Shown one piece after another: positions 12,700 to 25,365 of a stretch of DNA of 51,835 bases. The position numbers were made by a program, and so were the translations under genes. Source of the stretch: Octopus sinensis (taxonomy: Eukaryota); assembly GCF_006345805.1 (NCBI RefSeq), contig NW_021833984.1, forward strand, positions 1 through 51,835. The letters are read 5' to 3'. Below the pieces are notes generated by a model. It saw nothing but the letters and a program-made list of their open reading frames with translations, was not told the DNA's origin and made no database searches. Each line of letters starts with the position of its first letter. Position 1 is the first letter of the stretch.

Positions 12700-13120
12700 A
12701 TAGGACCCAGCTCTGATCTATATATTTGCTGTGGCTTGCTGTCAATAAATACTACACAGCCCAGTGCATTGATCTTACCAGGGGCGTCACGAGTTTAGGG
12801 GCTCAGATTTTACCTATGCATGCAGTGGTGCACTGTCGATTAATAAATGCTATAGAGCCCAATGAATTGATCTGATTAGGGGTGGCACAAGTTTAGGGAC
12901 TCAGTTTTTACCTATGCATGCAGTGGTTTGCTGTCGATTAATAAATGGTATAGAGACAGGCACATTGATCTGACTAGGGGCGTCACGAATTTAGGGGCTC
13001 CGTTCTTACCTATGCATGCAGTGACTTGCTGTCGATTGATAAATCCCATAGAGATCGGTGCATTGATTAACTAGAGGCTTCACGAATTTAGGGGCCCAGT
13101 TTTCATCGATGCATGCTGAC
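12700..13120. repeat. 98-bp tandem repeat, about 4 diverged copies
   Basis: (c/a)attgat anchors at 12767, 12865, 12963 and 13061. Confidence 0.9.
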
Positions 13121-13124
13121 TTGT

Positions 13125-13870
13125 TAGGCGCAGGCGTGGGCTTGTGGTAAGAAGTTTGCTTGTAAACCACATGGTTCCGAGTTCAGTTGCACCGCGTGGC
13201 ACTCTCAGCAAGTGTTTTCTACTTTAGCCTCGAGCAGACCAAAGTCTTGTGAGCGAATTTGGGGGACAGAAACTGAAAGGAACCCGTCGTATGTGTGTGT
13301 ATGTGTGTGTGCCTGTGTGTTTATGTGTGTGTATGTGTGTATGTGTATGTGTGTGCGTGTGTGTTTATGTGTGTGTGTGTGTATGTGTGTATGTATGTTT
13401 CGATCTGTTTGTCCCCCACCACCGCTTGACAAACGGTGTTGGCATGTTTATGTGCCCGTAACATAGCGGTTCAGCAAAAGAGACTGATAGAATAAGTGGC
13501 AGGCTTTCAAAAATTAAGCACGAGCAGGCTGTTCCGTTGACCGGATCAATCAAAACCTACATCATCGTCGTAACCGACGGAGTGCCATCTCATCGCCTTA
13601 GCGGTTCGGCAAAAGAGACCGACAGAATAAATCCTGGGGTCGATTTGGTCGACTAAAGGCGGTGCTCCAGCATGGCCTCAGTCAAATGACTGAAACAAGT
13701 AAAAGAGTAAAGCGAGAGTACGCCGGGCGAAATGTTTTGCGATATTTCGTCTGCCGCTGTGTTCTGAGTTCAAATGGGGTCGAGTCGTTTGGCTTAAATT
13801 CTTGAAGGCAGTACTCCAGCATGGTCGCAGTCTAATGACTGAATCAAGCAAATGATAAAAGATAAAAGAC
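13125..13870. mobile_element. SINE B with fragments of SINE D, SINE A and further tails
   Basis: Family motifs as above. Confidence 0.8.
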
Positions 13871-13937
13871 AACTCATTGCATTGATTTTGCCAGGAGTCT
13901 GTCTTGTCTTAGGGTTCAGTTCTCATCTATCTATGCT

Positions 13938-14661
13938 GGGATCTTTACCTTTTGACCGACAGATTTAAAAAATAATTTTTTGTAACTAAACACTTTCAAA
14001 CGTCAGACACTGGTAGAATGTGTCATATAAAACTTCTTTTACTCTTAGCGTTTTTGAGAAAAGCTTATATTTAGGGAGTTATTTCACGTTAAAGTTGTAG
14101 TATTTCGGTAATTTCAACCAATCAATGACGTGTATTCAGCTGAATAAAATTACTGCTGTTGAATGTCAACAAGAACTTCCGGCAGTGTATATTTCGTTTA
14201 TCACTGTTATTTGACAACCCTAACCCTCAAACCCTAACCCCAACCGTAAAACCTTAACCCTAACCCTAAAACCTTAACCCTAACCCTAAAATCCTAATCC
14301 TAACACCCTAATCCTAAAACTAAAACCCTAACCCTAACCCTAAAACCCAAAAGCTAAAACCAGTACAAACGCACGAACGATGCCATAAATAACAGTGACA
14401 AACGAAATATACACCGCCGATAGTTGTTGTTGACAAACAACGGCAGTAATTTTATTCAGCTGAATACACGTCACTGATTGGTTGAAATTACCGAAATACG
14501 ACAAATTTAACGTGAAATAACTTCCTAAATATAAGCTTTTCTCAAAAATGCTAAGAGTGAAAGATGTTTTATATGATACATTCTACCAGTGTCCGAAGTT
14601 TGAAAGTGTTTAATTACATAAAATTATATTTTAAATCTGTCGGTCAAAAGGTAAAGATTCC
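13938..14661. mobile_element. Foldback/MITE with 275-bp inverted arms and a (CCCTAA)-like core
   Basis: Arms at 13938-14212 and 14387-14661, core 14217-14360, flanking direct repeat TATGCT (or CTATGCTG). Confidence 0.9.
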
Positions 14662-15099
14662 TATGCTGTTATCCACAATCATTAAATAGCTACAATAGAA
14701 TCTAGTGCATCGATTTGCCCCGGGGGAGGGAACTATAACGCTCGTAAGATAGCTCTGGTAACAGACGTCAACGCTTTTCAAGTGTAAGGCTTAAAAAACA
14801 GAAAACAAGTGTGTATTGTCGAAAGTGAGTTTTAATGTTTGAATGCAGAGAAAAACGGTTAATAGAGAGAAGAAGCAGCGCTATTGTTTTTGCTTATATA
14901 ATCGTTGAATAGAACGAAAATGCTCTCTAGTTAATTAATTCTATATAGCTGACCTATTTCTTTTATTGTAATGTAATGTCTTAGTTGAACGGTTGTGAAG
15001 TGTTTGTGAATACATTTGTTAATAGAGCGGCTCAACCTCAGGTATGAAGATCTCTATCTGTTGATTGTTGTTGTCTTCACACCTATTATCACGAGGGCG

Positions 15100-15400
15100 A
15101 AGAAGCATGGCTTAATGGTTTGGGTATTCGTCTAATAATTGTAAGGTCGTGGTTTCATTCTCGGCGACGGGTTGTGTCCTTGAGCAAGACACTTTATTTC
15201 GTGTTGCTCCGGCTCACTCAGCAGACAAAAGTGAATAGCACTTTTATTTGAAAGGGTCAGCTTTATGACATACTCGGTATCACGCTGAATCTCCCTGAGA
15301 ACTACGTTAAGGGTCTGCGGAGTGCTCAGCCACTTGCACGTTAAAAATTCACGAGCAGGCTGTTCCGTTGACCGGATCAACTAGAACCCACATCATCGTC
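15100..15400 (+). mobile_element. SINE family D (CORE-like)
   Basis: gttgtgtccttgagcaagacacttt CORE-like segment, 3' gagaactacgttaaggg..cacgagcaggctgttccgttga. Confidence 0.8.
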
Positions 15401-15409
15401 GCCATTATG

Positions 15410-15740
15410 CTTAGCGATATTTCGTCTGCCGCTGCGTTCCGAGTTCAAATTCTGCCGAAGTCGACTTTGCATTTCATTCATTCGGGGTCGATGAAATAAG
15501 TACCAATTTACGCACTGGGGTCGCTGTAATCGACTTAATCCCTAACCCCAAATTTAAGGCCCTGTGCGTCCAATAGAAGGAATCGTTAGCACGGTGGACA
15601 GAGTGCTTAGCTGCAAGTTCAAATTCCGCCGCCAAGGTCGACTTTGCTCTTCATCCTTTCGGGGCTGATAAAATAGGTACCAGTTGAGCTCTGGGGTAAT
15701 ATAATCGACTCTCCCTGTCTCCCAAAATTTCAGGCCTTGT
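15410..15740 (+). mobile_element. Two SINE A copies
   Basis: Family motifs. Confidence 0.8.
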
Positions 15741-15744
15741 GCCA

Positions 15745-16075
15745 ATAACTGGTACTTCGTCGGTCACGACGACGATGATTCCAGTGATCTGCTCAACGGT
15801 ACAACCTACTCGTGAAATTAAAACGCAAGTGGCTGAGTATTCCACAGATACGCTTGCTCTTAACGAAATTCTCAGGGAATTTCAGCGTGACACAGAATGT
15901 GAGAAGGCTGGTCCTTTGAAATATATAGGTACAACTTATTTTTGCCAGCTGAGTGGACAAGAGCAACGTGAAATAAAATGCCTTGCACTAGGACACAACG
16001 CATCGCCGGGAATTGAACTCACGACCTTTCGATCGTGAGCCGAATGCCCGAACTCCCAAGCCACGCGCCTTCACC
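15745..16075 (-). mobile_element. SINE family D
   Basis: Reverse complement of the family D consensus with a tRNA-like head. Confidence 0.8.
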
Positions 16076-16117
16076 TTGTGCCAATAGTGGAAACAATTAT
16101 TGATATTACTATCATTA

Positions 16118-16500
16118 AGGCGGCGAGCTGGCAGAAACGTTAGCACGCCGGGCGAAATGCGTAGCCGTATTTCGTCTGTCGTTACGTTCAGAGTTCAAAT
16201 TCTGCCGAGGTCCACTTTACCTTTAATCCTTTCGGGGTCGATAAATTAAGTACCAGTTATGCACTGGGGTCGATATAATCGACTTAATCCCTTTGTCTGT
16301 CCTTGTTTGTCCTCTCTGTGCTTAGCCCCTTGTGGGTAGTAAAGAAATAGGTATTTCGCCTGTCACTACGTTCAAAGTTCAAATTCCGCCGAGTTCGACT
16401 TTGCCTTTCATCCTTTCAGGGTCGATAAATTAAATACCAGTTGAGTACTGGGGTCGATATAATCGACTAGTTCCCTTCCCCCAAAATTTCAAGCTTTGTG
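16118..16500 (+). mobile_element. SINE A heterodimer
   Basis: Junction aaagaaatag|gtatttc at 16350/16351. Confidence 0.9.
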
Positions 16501-16519
16501 CCGGGAGGGGCAGGCAATT

Positions 16520-16705
16520 TTTATTTGTCGAGTGGCTGTAGCGAAAGAAGTAGTATGGTGGATCCGTTTGAAAGGGCCAAAAACAGACACGTTCCTCTTT
16601 GGCCAAGCCCTCATCAACTTTTTCAAGTTTCACTTGAAAAGGAAGTTGAGGGTGGAGAGGGGAGTGTTGCCTTGTAGCAAGTTTGTTGAAAGGTGGGTGA
16701 ATTGG
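16520..16705 (+). mobile_element. L1/Tx1-like LINE ORF2 C-terminal fragment
   Basis: AVAKEVVWWIRLKG..LINFFKFHLKRKLRVER..KFVERW resembles Tx1-clade ORF2 ends (recalled similarity). Confidence 0.6.
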
Positions 16706-16764
16706 AAAAAGAGTCAGTGTGAAAGAACAAATTTTGGGTATACACCTGCAAAGGGTAAAGATCC

Positions 16765-17080
16765 CCAGTAGGCAACTGGTACTTAATTTATCGACCCCGA
16801 AAGGATGAAAGGCAAAGTCGACTGCGGCGGAACTTGAACTCAGAACGTAAAGACAGGCGAAATACCTATTTCTTTACTACCCACAAGGGCAAACAAGGAC
16901 AGACAAACGGATTAGGTCGATTATATCGACCCCAGTGCGTAAATGGTACTTATTTAATCGACCCCGAAAGGATGAAAGGCAAAGTCGACCTCGGCGGAAT
17001 TTGAACTCAGAATGTAGCGGCAGACGAAATACTGCAAAGCATTTCGCCCGGCGTGCAAACGTTTCTGCCAGCTCGCCGCC
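16765..17080 (-). mobile_element. SINE A dimer
   Basis: Same junction at about 16865. Confidence 0.9.
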
Positions 17081-17116
17081 TTAAAGGAATAAATTAGTAT
17101 TATTATTATTATTATT

Positions 17117-17147
<31 letters not shown>

Positions 17148-17514
17148 AATGGCGAACTGACAGTAATTATAGATCTCACTCTGAGAACATTCCATTCATT
17201 TGTTTTTTTAAATTTATGTCTTTATTAATCTATTTTTGCTGAAAATACATAATTGGTCCGGTTCTAGTGGAAGTCGTTTCACTTCGCCTACACCTTTATT
17301 GTCTTCCGATAGAAATGTACCTTGCAACATTTCGTTTTATAACCTCTATAAACGTTTTAAAAACTCAATATTCAAAGTTAAAATCTCGCTGGAATAAATT
17401 TCGATTTCATTGATCTGGTATCGAATCGCAATCGATACTTTTGAATCTATTTGTTTTGAAATTATTGAAAAAAGAAACACTATCATTACATCACCATATA
17501 TTGTAGAATTGAGA

Positions 17515-17925
17515 GGCGCAGACATGGTTGTATGGTATGAAGATTGTCTTCTAACCACATGGTTTCGGGAGATGAGTCCCACTGCTTGGTACCTTAGGCA
17601 AGTGTCTTGAGTTATAGCCTCGAGCCAACTAATGCCTTGTGAGTGGATTTCGTAGAAAGAAACTGAAAGAAACCCATCGGATATATATATATATATATGG
17701 ATTTTGAAAAATTATAACATGTAAACACGTTTCCTGCTGATGAGAGCTGCGCCTAGCAAATTATTTTATTTGCTGAAGATAGCTTGAAGCCATGGTACAG
17801 GAAATAGATGGTAAATGTTTTTATTTTTCATTCCCTTTCGCTTTCGAAATTATCCCTAATAGTGGTTTGGAGTTTAACACTCCTTCTAGCGGGTCAGATG
17901 TCCCATTATGGCCATCTCTTATGTG

Positions 17926-17986
<61 letters not shown>

Positions 17987-18200
17987 CTTGTTTCAGTCAT
18001 GAGACTGCAGCCCTGCTGGGGCACCGTCTTGAATTGTTATTCCTATGAATCCGCTCCAGGACTTATCTCTTAAGCCTGGTATTTATTATATCGGTCGCTT
18101 TGCCGAACCACTAATTAATGGAGACGCAAACACGCCGACGCCGGTTGTCAACCGGTAGCGGGGGGACAAACACAAAAGCACACACACCAACGCACACGCG

Positions 18201-18236
<36 letters not shown>

Positions 18237-18440
18237 TACACACACATATATATATTTATATATAGGAGCAAACGAGGCTTTGTAGTAAGAACCTTGCTTC
18301 CCAACTACGTGCTTCCGGGTTCAGTCGCACAGCGTGGCACCTTGGCCAAGTGTCTTCTACTATAGCCTCGGGCCGACCAAAGCCTTGTAAGTAGATTTGT
18401 TAGACGGAAACTAAAAGAAGACCGTCGGTTATATTTTTTT
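17515..18440. mobile_element. SINE B copies (+ 17515-17690; - 17985-18440)
   Basis: Family motifs. Confidence 0.8.
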
Positions 18441-18530
18441 CTTGAGAACACACTCTTTGTGGTAAGGCGATTTGACGTCTATCTCTAGCGTATAGGAATC
18501 CACTTTTGTGGTCATTCTTCTTGTGAATTG

Positions 18531-18561
<31 letters not shown>

Positions 18562-18581
18562 ATATATATGTGTGTGTGTGT

Positions 18582-18639
<58 letters not shown>

Positions 18640-19068
18640 ACGTATGTATGTATATATATTGCAGCAGTGGTCTGACATTCGGCAGGTCCAATGCATGTAA
18701 AGCATCTCCTGCCGTCATTAAGTAGATCATGGGAACTTCGGCAACGAAGACTAGACTTTGGATGGTTTCCTGTTGCCTTTTCCAGACTGGTTGGATTTGA
18801 AGTCAGAATGCAGAGAGCTGGAAGATATACCGTAAAGCATTTCTGACGATGCACCAACGATTCCGTCATTCTTCCATCCGCAGGGAGACGTGAAATGAAA
18901 TGTTTTGCTCCAGAATACAACTCTCCTCCCGGTTCGGGAATGGAACCCACGATCTAGCAATCGTGAGTGCAACACCCTAACCACTAGGCCACGCGCCTTC
19001 ATACGCGCGTATGCACACGCACACATACGTACATACATACATTCATACATGCATACATACATGTCTGT

Positions 19069-19120
<52 letters not shown>

Positions 19121-19983
19121 GTGTGCACGTTTTTTTTTATCTCTGTGTTTTGGTCCCACAGCCACTGCTTGACAACCGGTGTCGGTTTGATTAAGTCTCG
19201 TAAAGCACAAGACTTTATAAAACAAACAAATAAGTACTGGAGCAGTTTGTTCGACTAAACACTTTAAGTCATTGCTCCAGCATGACCGCAGTCCAATTCA
19301 TGAAAACAAAAGATAAAAGATATATAACATGAACTTATAATGCACCTCAACAATGCTCTTCGTTGTATCGCCATATATCGTTAACCGATAAAGCTCTTTA
19401 CTGCGTCTTCAAATTTTTATACTAACAATGCTTTTCTTCATTGAAAAATCTCGTATTCACTTTCAAGTTTTAATAAATGAATGGCTTTAGCAACTGTATT
19501 GAGTATCTTTCTCAATTTAACAAATATCCACGCATAAAATAAATATTAAATATATGTCATGCAGAAAGAAACTTCCTCTTTGTGAGACCGTAAATGGCGT
19601 TTTAATGTTATAACATCACGCATTTAAAAGTGTCGTAATTGACGTCAAAACCAGCTTCGTCTTATGTTAGAATATTATCCAATTCAACTCAACTGACCTC
19701 AGCTATTTTCAGTTTTCATTACATTTATTTCTAAAGAAGATAAGCCCACGCTTTTTCATTGCAAATTATTCTGCAATATATTATCTTTTAACCACATATA
19801 TTGTCGCTAATTCAGTCCGTCTCGTACAATATACTCTGTCGCTATTACGGCACATCAAAGTGAGTTGATCGATATTCCAGCTCGATATAGTTTCTTGATA
19901 ATTCAACTGTATCAACCATCTGTATAATATCTCACAACTTATTCATTTACACCCAGCCTCGATTTCATTTCGACGAGACTTAC

Positions 19984-20011
19984 TTCCTGTTTGCTCCTAT
20001 ATTAATGTCCA
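19984..20011 (-). CDS. Candidate 28-nt exon 2, (A)TG GAC ATT AAT ATA GGA GCA AAC AGG AA = MDINIGANR(K/N)
   Basis: Acceptor gtctttctttag (AG at 20013-20012) and donor GTAAGT at 19983-19978. Confidence 0.4.
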
Positions 20012-20194
20012 CTAAAGAAAGACATTTTCTCTTAATTCTTCATCAAATGAAATTCATAACATATGGGGGAGTTTTATTTCGCTTTGTTTTTAATTCCTGG
20101 TACCATTTAGATTTTATGCTTAGATAAACGATTTTACAATCCCCAGTTGTCACCCACGCATTCTTTTTTACTAATCTTAACCTACAAAACTTAC

Positions 20195-20325
20195 TGACTC
20201 GTGTGGTTTTCTAATCAGAACGCCTTTAGTTAACTATTTCTTGTAAATCATATATACATCTAAAACTATGTAATCAAATAACGCCATCTTGGACGATAAA
20301 CTAGCTGAACTCAAACCGGAAGTTC
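20195..20325 (-). promoter_or_regulatory. Candidate housekeeping promoter and first exon (ETS + YY1 + donor)
   Basis: ACCGGAAGT at 20315-20323, CGCCATCTT at 20282-20290 (AAGATGGCG on minus), donor TCA|GTAAGT at 20194-20189. Confidence 0.55.
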
Positions 20326-20534
20326 ATATTCCTATCAATAAGACAGTTGAACTGCTTCAATGGGAAAAGTTAACTTTTAATTGATCTATTTCTTATTGAT
20401 CAGTGATTGTTAATATCCTTGAAGTAAGCAAAACTGGAACAAATTGAAAATCAATTGAGATGTCTACAGACATTGATATCTCTAGTTCCAACATTTCTCT
20501 GATCAACAATGATCTCTCACTGTTTTTATGCTTC

Positions 20535-20950
20535 TTATTTCTTTATTGCCCACAAGGGGCTAAACATAGAGGGGGCAGACAAGAACAGACAAAGGGATAA
20601 AGTCGATTACATCCACCCCAATAAATAAGTAACTGGTACTTATTTAATCGACCCCGAAAGGATGAAAAGCAAAGTCGATCTCGGCGGAATTTGAACTCAG
20701 AACGTAGCGGCAGACGAAATACCTATTTCTATTTCTTTACTACCCACAAGGGGCTAAACACAGAGAGGACAAACAAGGACAGACAGACGGATTAAATCGA
20801 CCTCAGTGCGTAACTGGTACTTATTTAATCGACCCCGAAAGAATGAAAGGCAAAGTCGACCTCGGCGGAATTTGAACTCAGAACGTAGCGGCAGACGAAA
20901 TACCGCTTAGCATTTCACCCGGCGTGCTAACGTTTCGGCCAGCTCACCGC
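20535..20950 (-). mobile_element. SINE A dimer
   Basis: Junction near 20720. Confidence 0.9.
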
Positions 20951-21127
20951 CTTACCCCTTACACTGTTTTATGATTCTATTATTCAAAAGGTGATGGGCA
21001 GAGAGGCAGACAGGTACAGGGGCAGAGAAGCACAAGAGCAGAAAGGCACAGGGCCAGAGAGGCAAAGGTGCAGAGAGGCACAGGGACACATGGGCAGATG
21101 TTTGGCGTCAGAATCGTTAATGCAGTG

Positions 21128-21334
21128 TGGCGAGCTGGCAGAAACGTTAGCAGGCCGGGCAAAATGCTTAGCTGCATTTCGTTCTGAGTTCAAATTCTGC
21201 CGAGGTCGACTTTACCTTTCATCCTTTCGGGGTCGATAAACTAATTACCAGTTACGCACTGGGGTCGATGTAATCGACTTAATCCGTTTGTTTGTCCTCT
21301 CTATGTTTAGCCCCTTGTGGGCAATGAAGAAATA
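21128..21334 (+). mobile_element. SINE A with 18-bp TSD, nested in an older A copy
   Basis: AGAATCGTTAATGCAGTG at 21110-21127 and 21335-21352. Confidence 0.9.
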
Positions 21335-21944
21335 AGAATCGTTAATGCAGTGGATAAAGTGCGGCATTGTGGCAGGACTTGAACGTTCGGCGTTCAAGTC
21401 CTACCATAGTCACCTTTAGCTTTCATCTCCTCGAGGGTTGATAAAATGAAGTACCAATGAAGTATTGAGGGCGGAGGGGTGTGATACAATCAATTAAACT
21501 CCATTCCTCATATTTCACGCCTTGTGTTTATATCACTAAAAAAAATGGGTGGCGGAGAGCTGAGAGATTTGTAAGTGAGCCGGATCAAATACCGGAAGGT
21601 GTTTCTTCCAGCTCTGTGCATTCAGGGTTCAAATCTCACCGAGGTGAATTTTGCCTTTTATTATTTCGGGATCAACAAAATGAAATACCAGTCATGTACT
21701 GAGGTCAATGATACCAAATAAACCCCTTCTTCAAATTTGCTGGCCCTGTCTCTAAATCAGAAACGATTATTCAAAAGGCAAATTGATGTAATCGTTAAAG
21801 TGTTTGCAGTTTTTGTTCCCTATTTCTGCGTCTGGGTTCGTAAGCAACCAAGGTCAACTTTGCCTTTTATACCTTCAGGTCAGCTACAGCAATAGTATCA
21901 ATGATGGTGATGATGACAATGATGACGATAATTAATTATAAAAA

Positions 21945-22536
21945 TCATCATCATCATCATTTAACGTCCGTTGTCCAAGCTGACATGGGTTGGACGGTTT
22001 GACCAGGGCTCGTATGCTGAGGGGTTGCACCAGGCTCCAGTCTGATTCGGCATGGTCCCTACGGCTGGATGCCCTTCCTAACACCAACCACTCTGAGAGT
22101 GTAATGAGTACATTTACGTGCCATCGGCACGGGTGCCAGCTGCGTGACACCAGTATCTTCCACGACTACCATTTCACTTGGCCTCATGGGTCTTCTGAAG
22201 CACGGTGTATTGCTTATGGTCTCGCTCATTTGTCATTGCTTCCCGGAGCCCCAACGCTTGAAAGGTGTTTTTTACGTACCAGCGACACGGCTGCCAGTTG
22301 CGTGAAACCAGTATCTGCCACGACTACCATTTCACTTGGCTTGATGGGTCTTCTTCTCAAGCACAGGCGCAGGAGTGGCTGTGTGGTAAGTAGCTTGCTT
22401 ACCAACCACATGGTTCCGGGTTCAGTCCCACTGCGTGGCATCTTGGGCAAGTGTCTTCTGCTATAGCCCCGAGCCGACCAATGCCTTGTGAGTGGATTTG
22501 GTAGGCAGAAACTGAAAGAAACCTGTCGTATATATG

Positions 22537-22600
<64 letters not shown>

Positions 22601-22915
22601 TGTGTCTGTGTTGTCCCCCTAGCATTGCTTGACAACCGATGCTGGTGTGTTTACGTCCCCGTCACTTAGCGGTTCGGCAAAAGAGACCGAGTACTTGGGC
22701 TTACAAAGAATAAGTAAGTACTGGGCTTACAAAGAATAAGTCCCGGGGTCGATTTGCTCGACTAAAGGCGGTGCTCTAGCATGGCCGCAGTCAAATGACT
22801 GAAACAAGTAAAAGAGTAAAAGAGTAAAGGTATCAGTCATTTGTCATTGCCTCCGTGAAGCCAACGCTCAAAAAGGGCTTTTTACGGGCCACCGGCACGG
22901 GTGCCATTTACGGTC
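21945..22915 (-). mobile_element. Repeat family E ((GAT)n-tailed, internal subrepeats of about 157 bp) with nested SINE B (+, 22366-22830)
   Basis: catcatcat..ttaacgtccg..ggatgcccttcctaa, with cacgactaccatttcacttggc repeated. Confidence 0.75.
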
Positions 22916-23814
22916 GGTGAAAAAAAAAGAGGCCGATAGAGTAGCGGAACTGGTAGAGCGCCTTGCAATATCTTTTCTGGTTTGGGGCATTTTGAGTTCA
23001 AATAACGCCTTAAATCAACGAGAGAGAATTAAAAAAAAAGGAAAAGAAAAACGATGAAGCTTCTGTCCGGAATTGCAACAAACGAATTATATCATGTGAT
23101 CACGTGATCGATCAAACTATCGAATGTTGTTATATACATCACTGGTCCAATGCATTTTGCATCGTGTTAGCTTTCGAATGACGCTACCCCGCTGGCTAGG
23201 CGGGCAAGCTGACATTCCTCATGGTCGGAAGACTAGTCCGTGGCAGGGTTCACCCGTTTACAGCCGAGTGGACTGGAGCAACATGAAATGAAATATTTTG
23301 CTCAAGAACAACAACGCGCGTCTCCGTCCGGAAATCGAACCTCTGACCATACACCCACAGAAACCTACACAAATCCATCTATCCAGACATACATACAAAT
23401 ACACACCCGTGCGCACGCACATATTTGTTTCGATTTCGGTTTTATTTTCGTAAGAAACGGAAATTTCAACTGTGAATTATCAAACGGATATAATTCCAAC
23501 ACGAAGCTGTAGTTTATCAATGAAACCAGCGTCAACATAAGTAGATTCTCCGATTATAAAGCATCATTCGCCATTAATATAAAACAAAGAACATCCGGTT
23601 TGTAATACCGGAAACTCTGTCAGTGGTTCAAAATATGCTCCAGACCCAATCTGTTGTCAACTAGAGGTGATATTAGGAATAAAATTACGTTGCTGTTTAT
23701 CTTTTTTTGTTTTATTTTGAGTTGTTATTTTTCTTACTTTGACATACGAAAATAATCTTGGTTAATCTTAATAAGATCTTACGGGTTTAGCTTCTAATAT
23801 CAGAGATTAGCCGA

Positions 23815-24205
23815 AGGCGGCGAGCTGGCAGAGTCGTTAGCACACCGCGCGAAATTCCTAGAGGCATTTTGTTCGTCTTTACGTTCTGCGTTCAAATGCC
23901 GCTGGGAAATGATGGAAGTCAAAGTCGATCTCGGTGGAATTTGAACTCAGAACGTAAAGACATGAAATACCTATTTCTTTACTACTCACAAGGGGCTAAA
24001 CACAGAGGGGACAAACAAAGACAGACAAACGGATTAAGTCGATTACATCGACCCCAGTGCGTAACTGGTATTTAATTTATCGACCCCGAAAGGATGAAGG
24101 GTAAAGTCGACCTCGGCGGAATTTGAACTCAGAACGTAACGGCAGGCGAAATACGGCTACGCATTTCGCCCGGCGTGCTAACGTTTCTGCTAGCTCGCCG
24201 CCTTC
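23815..24205. mobile_element. SINE A head (+) abutting SINE A dimer (-)
   Basis: Family motifs. Confidence 0.85.
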
Positions 24206-24532
24206 TCGTTGCTGTATATTGATGATGCGATAAATCTATGACAAAGGTTTAATTTCTTTTTTTTGCTTTTTTGCTTTGCTTCTGAGATAATTTACCTCCT
24301 ACTTTCTTATCATTCCTTCCTGATTTGTTACTGGGATACGAATGCACGTCAGTAATTATTAACATGGGTGGTAGGAACGCCAAGGGAACACTAAGAGCAA
24401 CAAATGTCAAGACAGGGCTTTGGCGGGGTCAATGGGAATTAGGAAGGTCTTTATGTTTCCTTAGAAATAAAATATTTAAGTCAAGTACAATATATTTTAA
24501 GCAAATTTTCAGGAGAGAAATTTTGGCTGAGG

Positions 24533-24784
24533 CAGTGTTTCTCAACCTTTTTACCCTTGCGTAACCCTTAAATTATATACTATATCTTTCTCATAATTTT
24601 TTCATCGTAGCTCACGTGGTAAATATATATATATATATATATATTATAATATTACAGTAACCAATAATATGTTATGCATGTCTAGTATAGAAATATTACG
24701 ATCATGAAATTAACATCAGCTTATCTCACACTTTCTCACGGAACCCCTAGGGACCTTTTGCGAAACCCCGGTTGAGAAACGCTG
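24533..24784. mobile_element. hAT-type MITE
   Basis: TIRs cagtgtttctcaacc / ggttgagaaacgctg. No clean 8-bp TSD is left. Confidence 0.75.
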
Positions 24785-24976
24785 AGTTGAAAGGACATTG
24801 TGTTATCAGTGAACAGAAATATAACTGAAGAAATACCAAATTCCAATATAATTTCATTACATAAGAACTTGCTTTCTTTAGCAATTTAACATAGAGGGCA
24901 CAAGTCAAGACGGATGTCAATTTGTAGGATGATATTGCGTTATCAGTGAGTGGAGACATGACTGATGATATGTTGT

Positions 24977-25029
24977 GTTGTCCGGAAAGTTCGTGCCGAT
25001 TTATAGTAGCTTACCTTTCGACTTATTTT
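24977..25029 (+). mobile_element. 5' end of the same mariner family as 1-348
   Basis: gttgtccggaaag..ccgatttatagtagcttac..tttcga matches the reverse complement of about 292-346. Confidence 0.85.
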
Positions 25030-25365
25030 AGAACCGCTAAGTGACGGGGACATAAACACACCAGCATCGGTTGTCAAGCAATGCTAGGGGGACAAACACA
25101 GACGCACACACACACACCACACACACACACACACACACTCACACACACACACACACATACACACACACACACACATATATATATATATCATACATGTATA
25201 CGACAGGATTCTTTCAGTTTCCGTCTACCAAATCCACTCACAAGGCTTTGGTCGGCCCGAGGCTATAGTAGAAGACACTTGCCCAAGTTGCCACGCAGTA
25301 TGACTGAACCCGGAACCATGTGGTTGGTAAGCAAGCTACTTACCACACAGTCACTCCTACGCCTA
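25030..25365 (-). mobile_element. SINE B
   Basis: Family motifs. Confidence 0.9.

Noticed and set aside
12700-13120. CRISPR-like array
   Set aside because: The whole unit repeats with no unique spacers, in a eukaryotic context.
14217-14360. True telomere or chromosome fusion site
   Set aside because: The tract is short, degenerate, single-orientation and enclosed in a TSD-flanked foldback element.
17737-17760. CTGATGA hammerhead core
   Set aside because: There is no GAAA and no stems downstream.
17779-17810. GCCATGG Kozak micro-exon MVQEID
   Set aside because: Too short to distinguish from chance.
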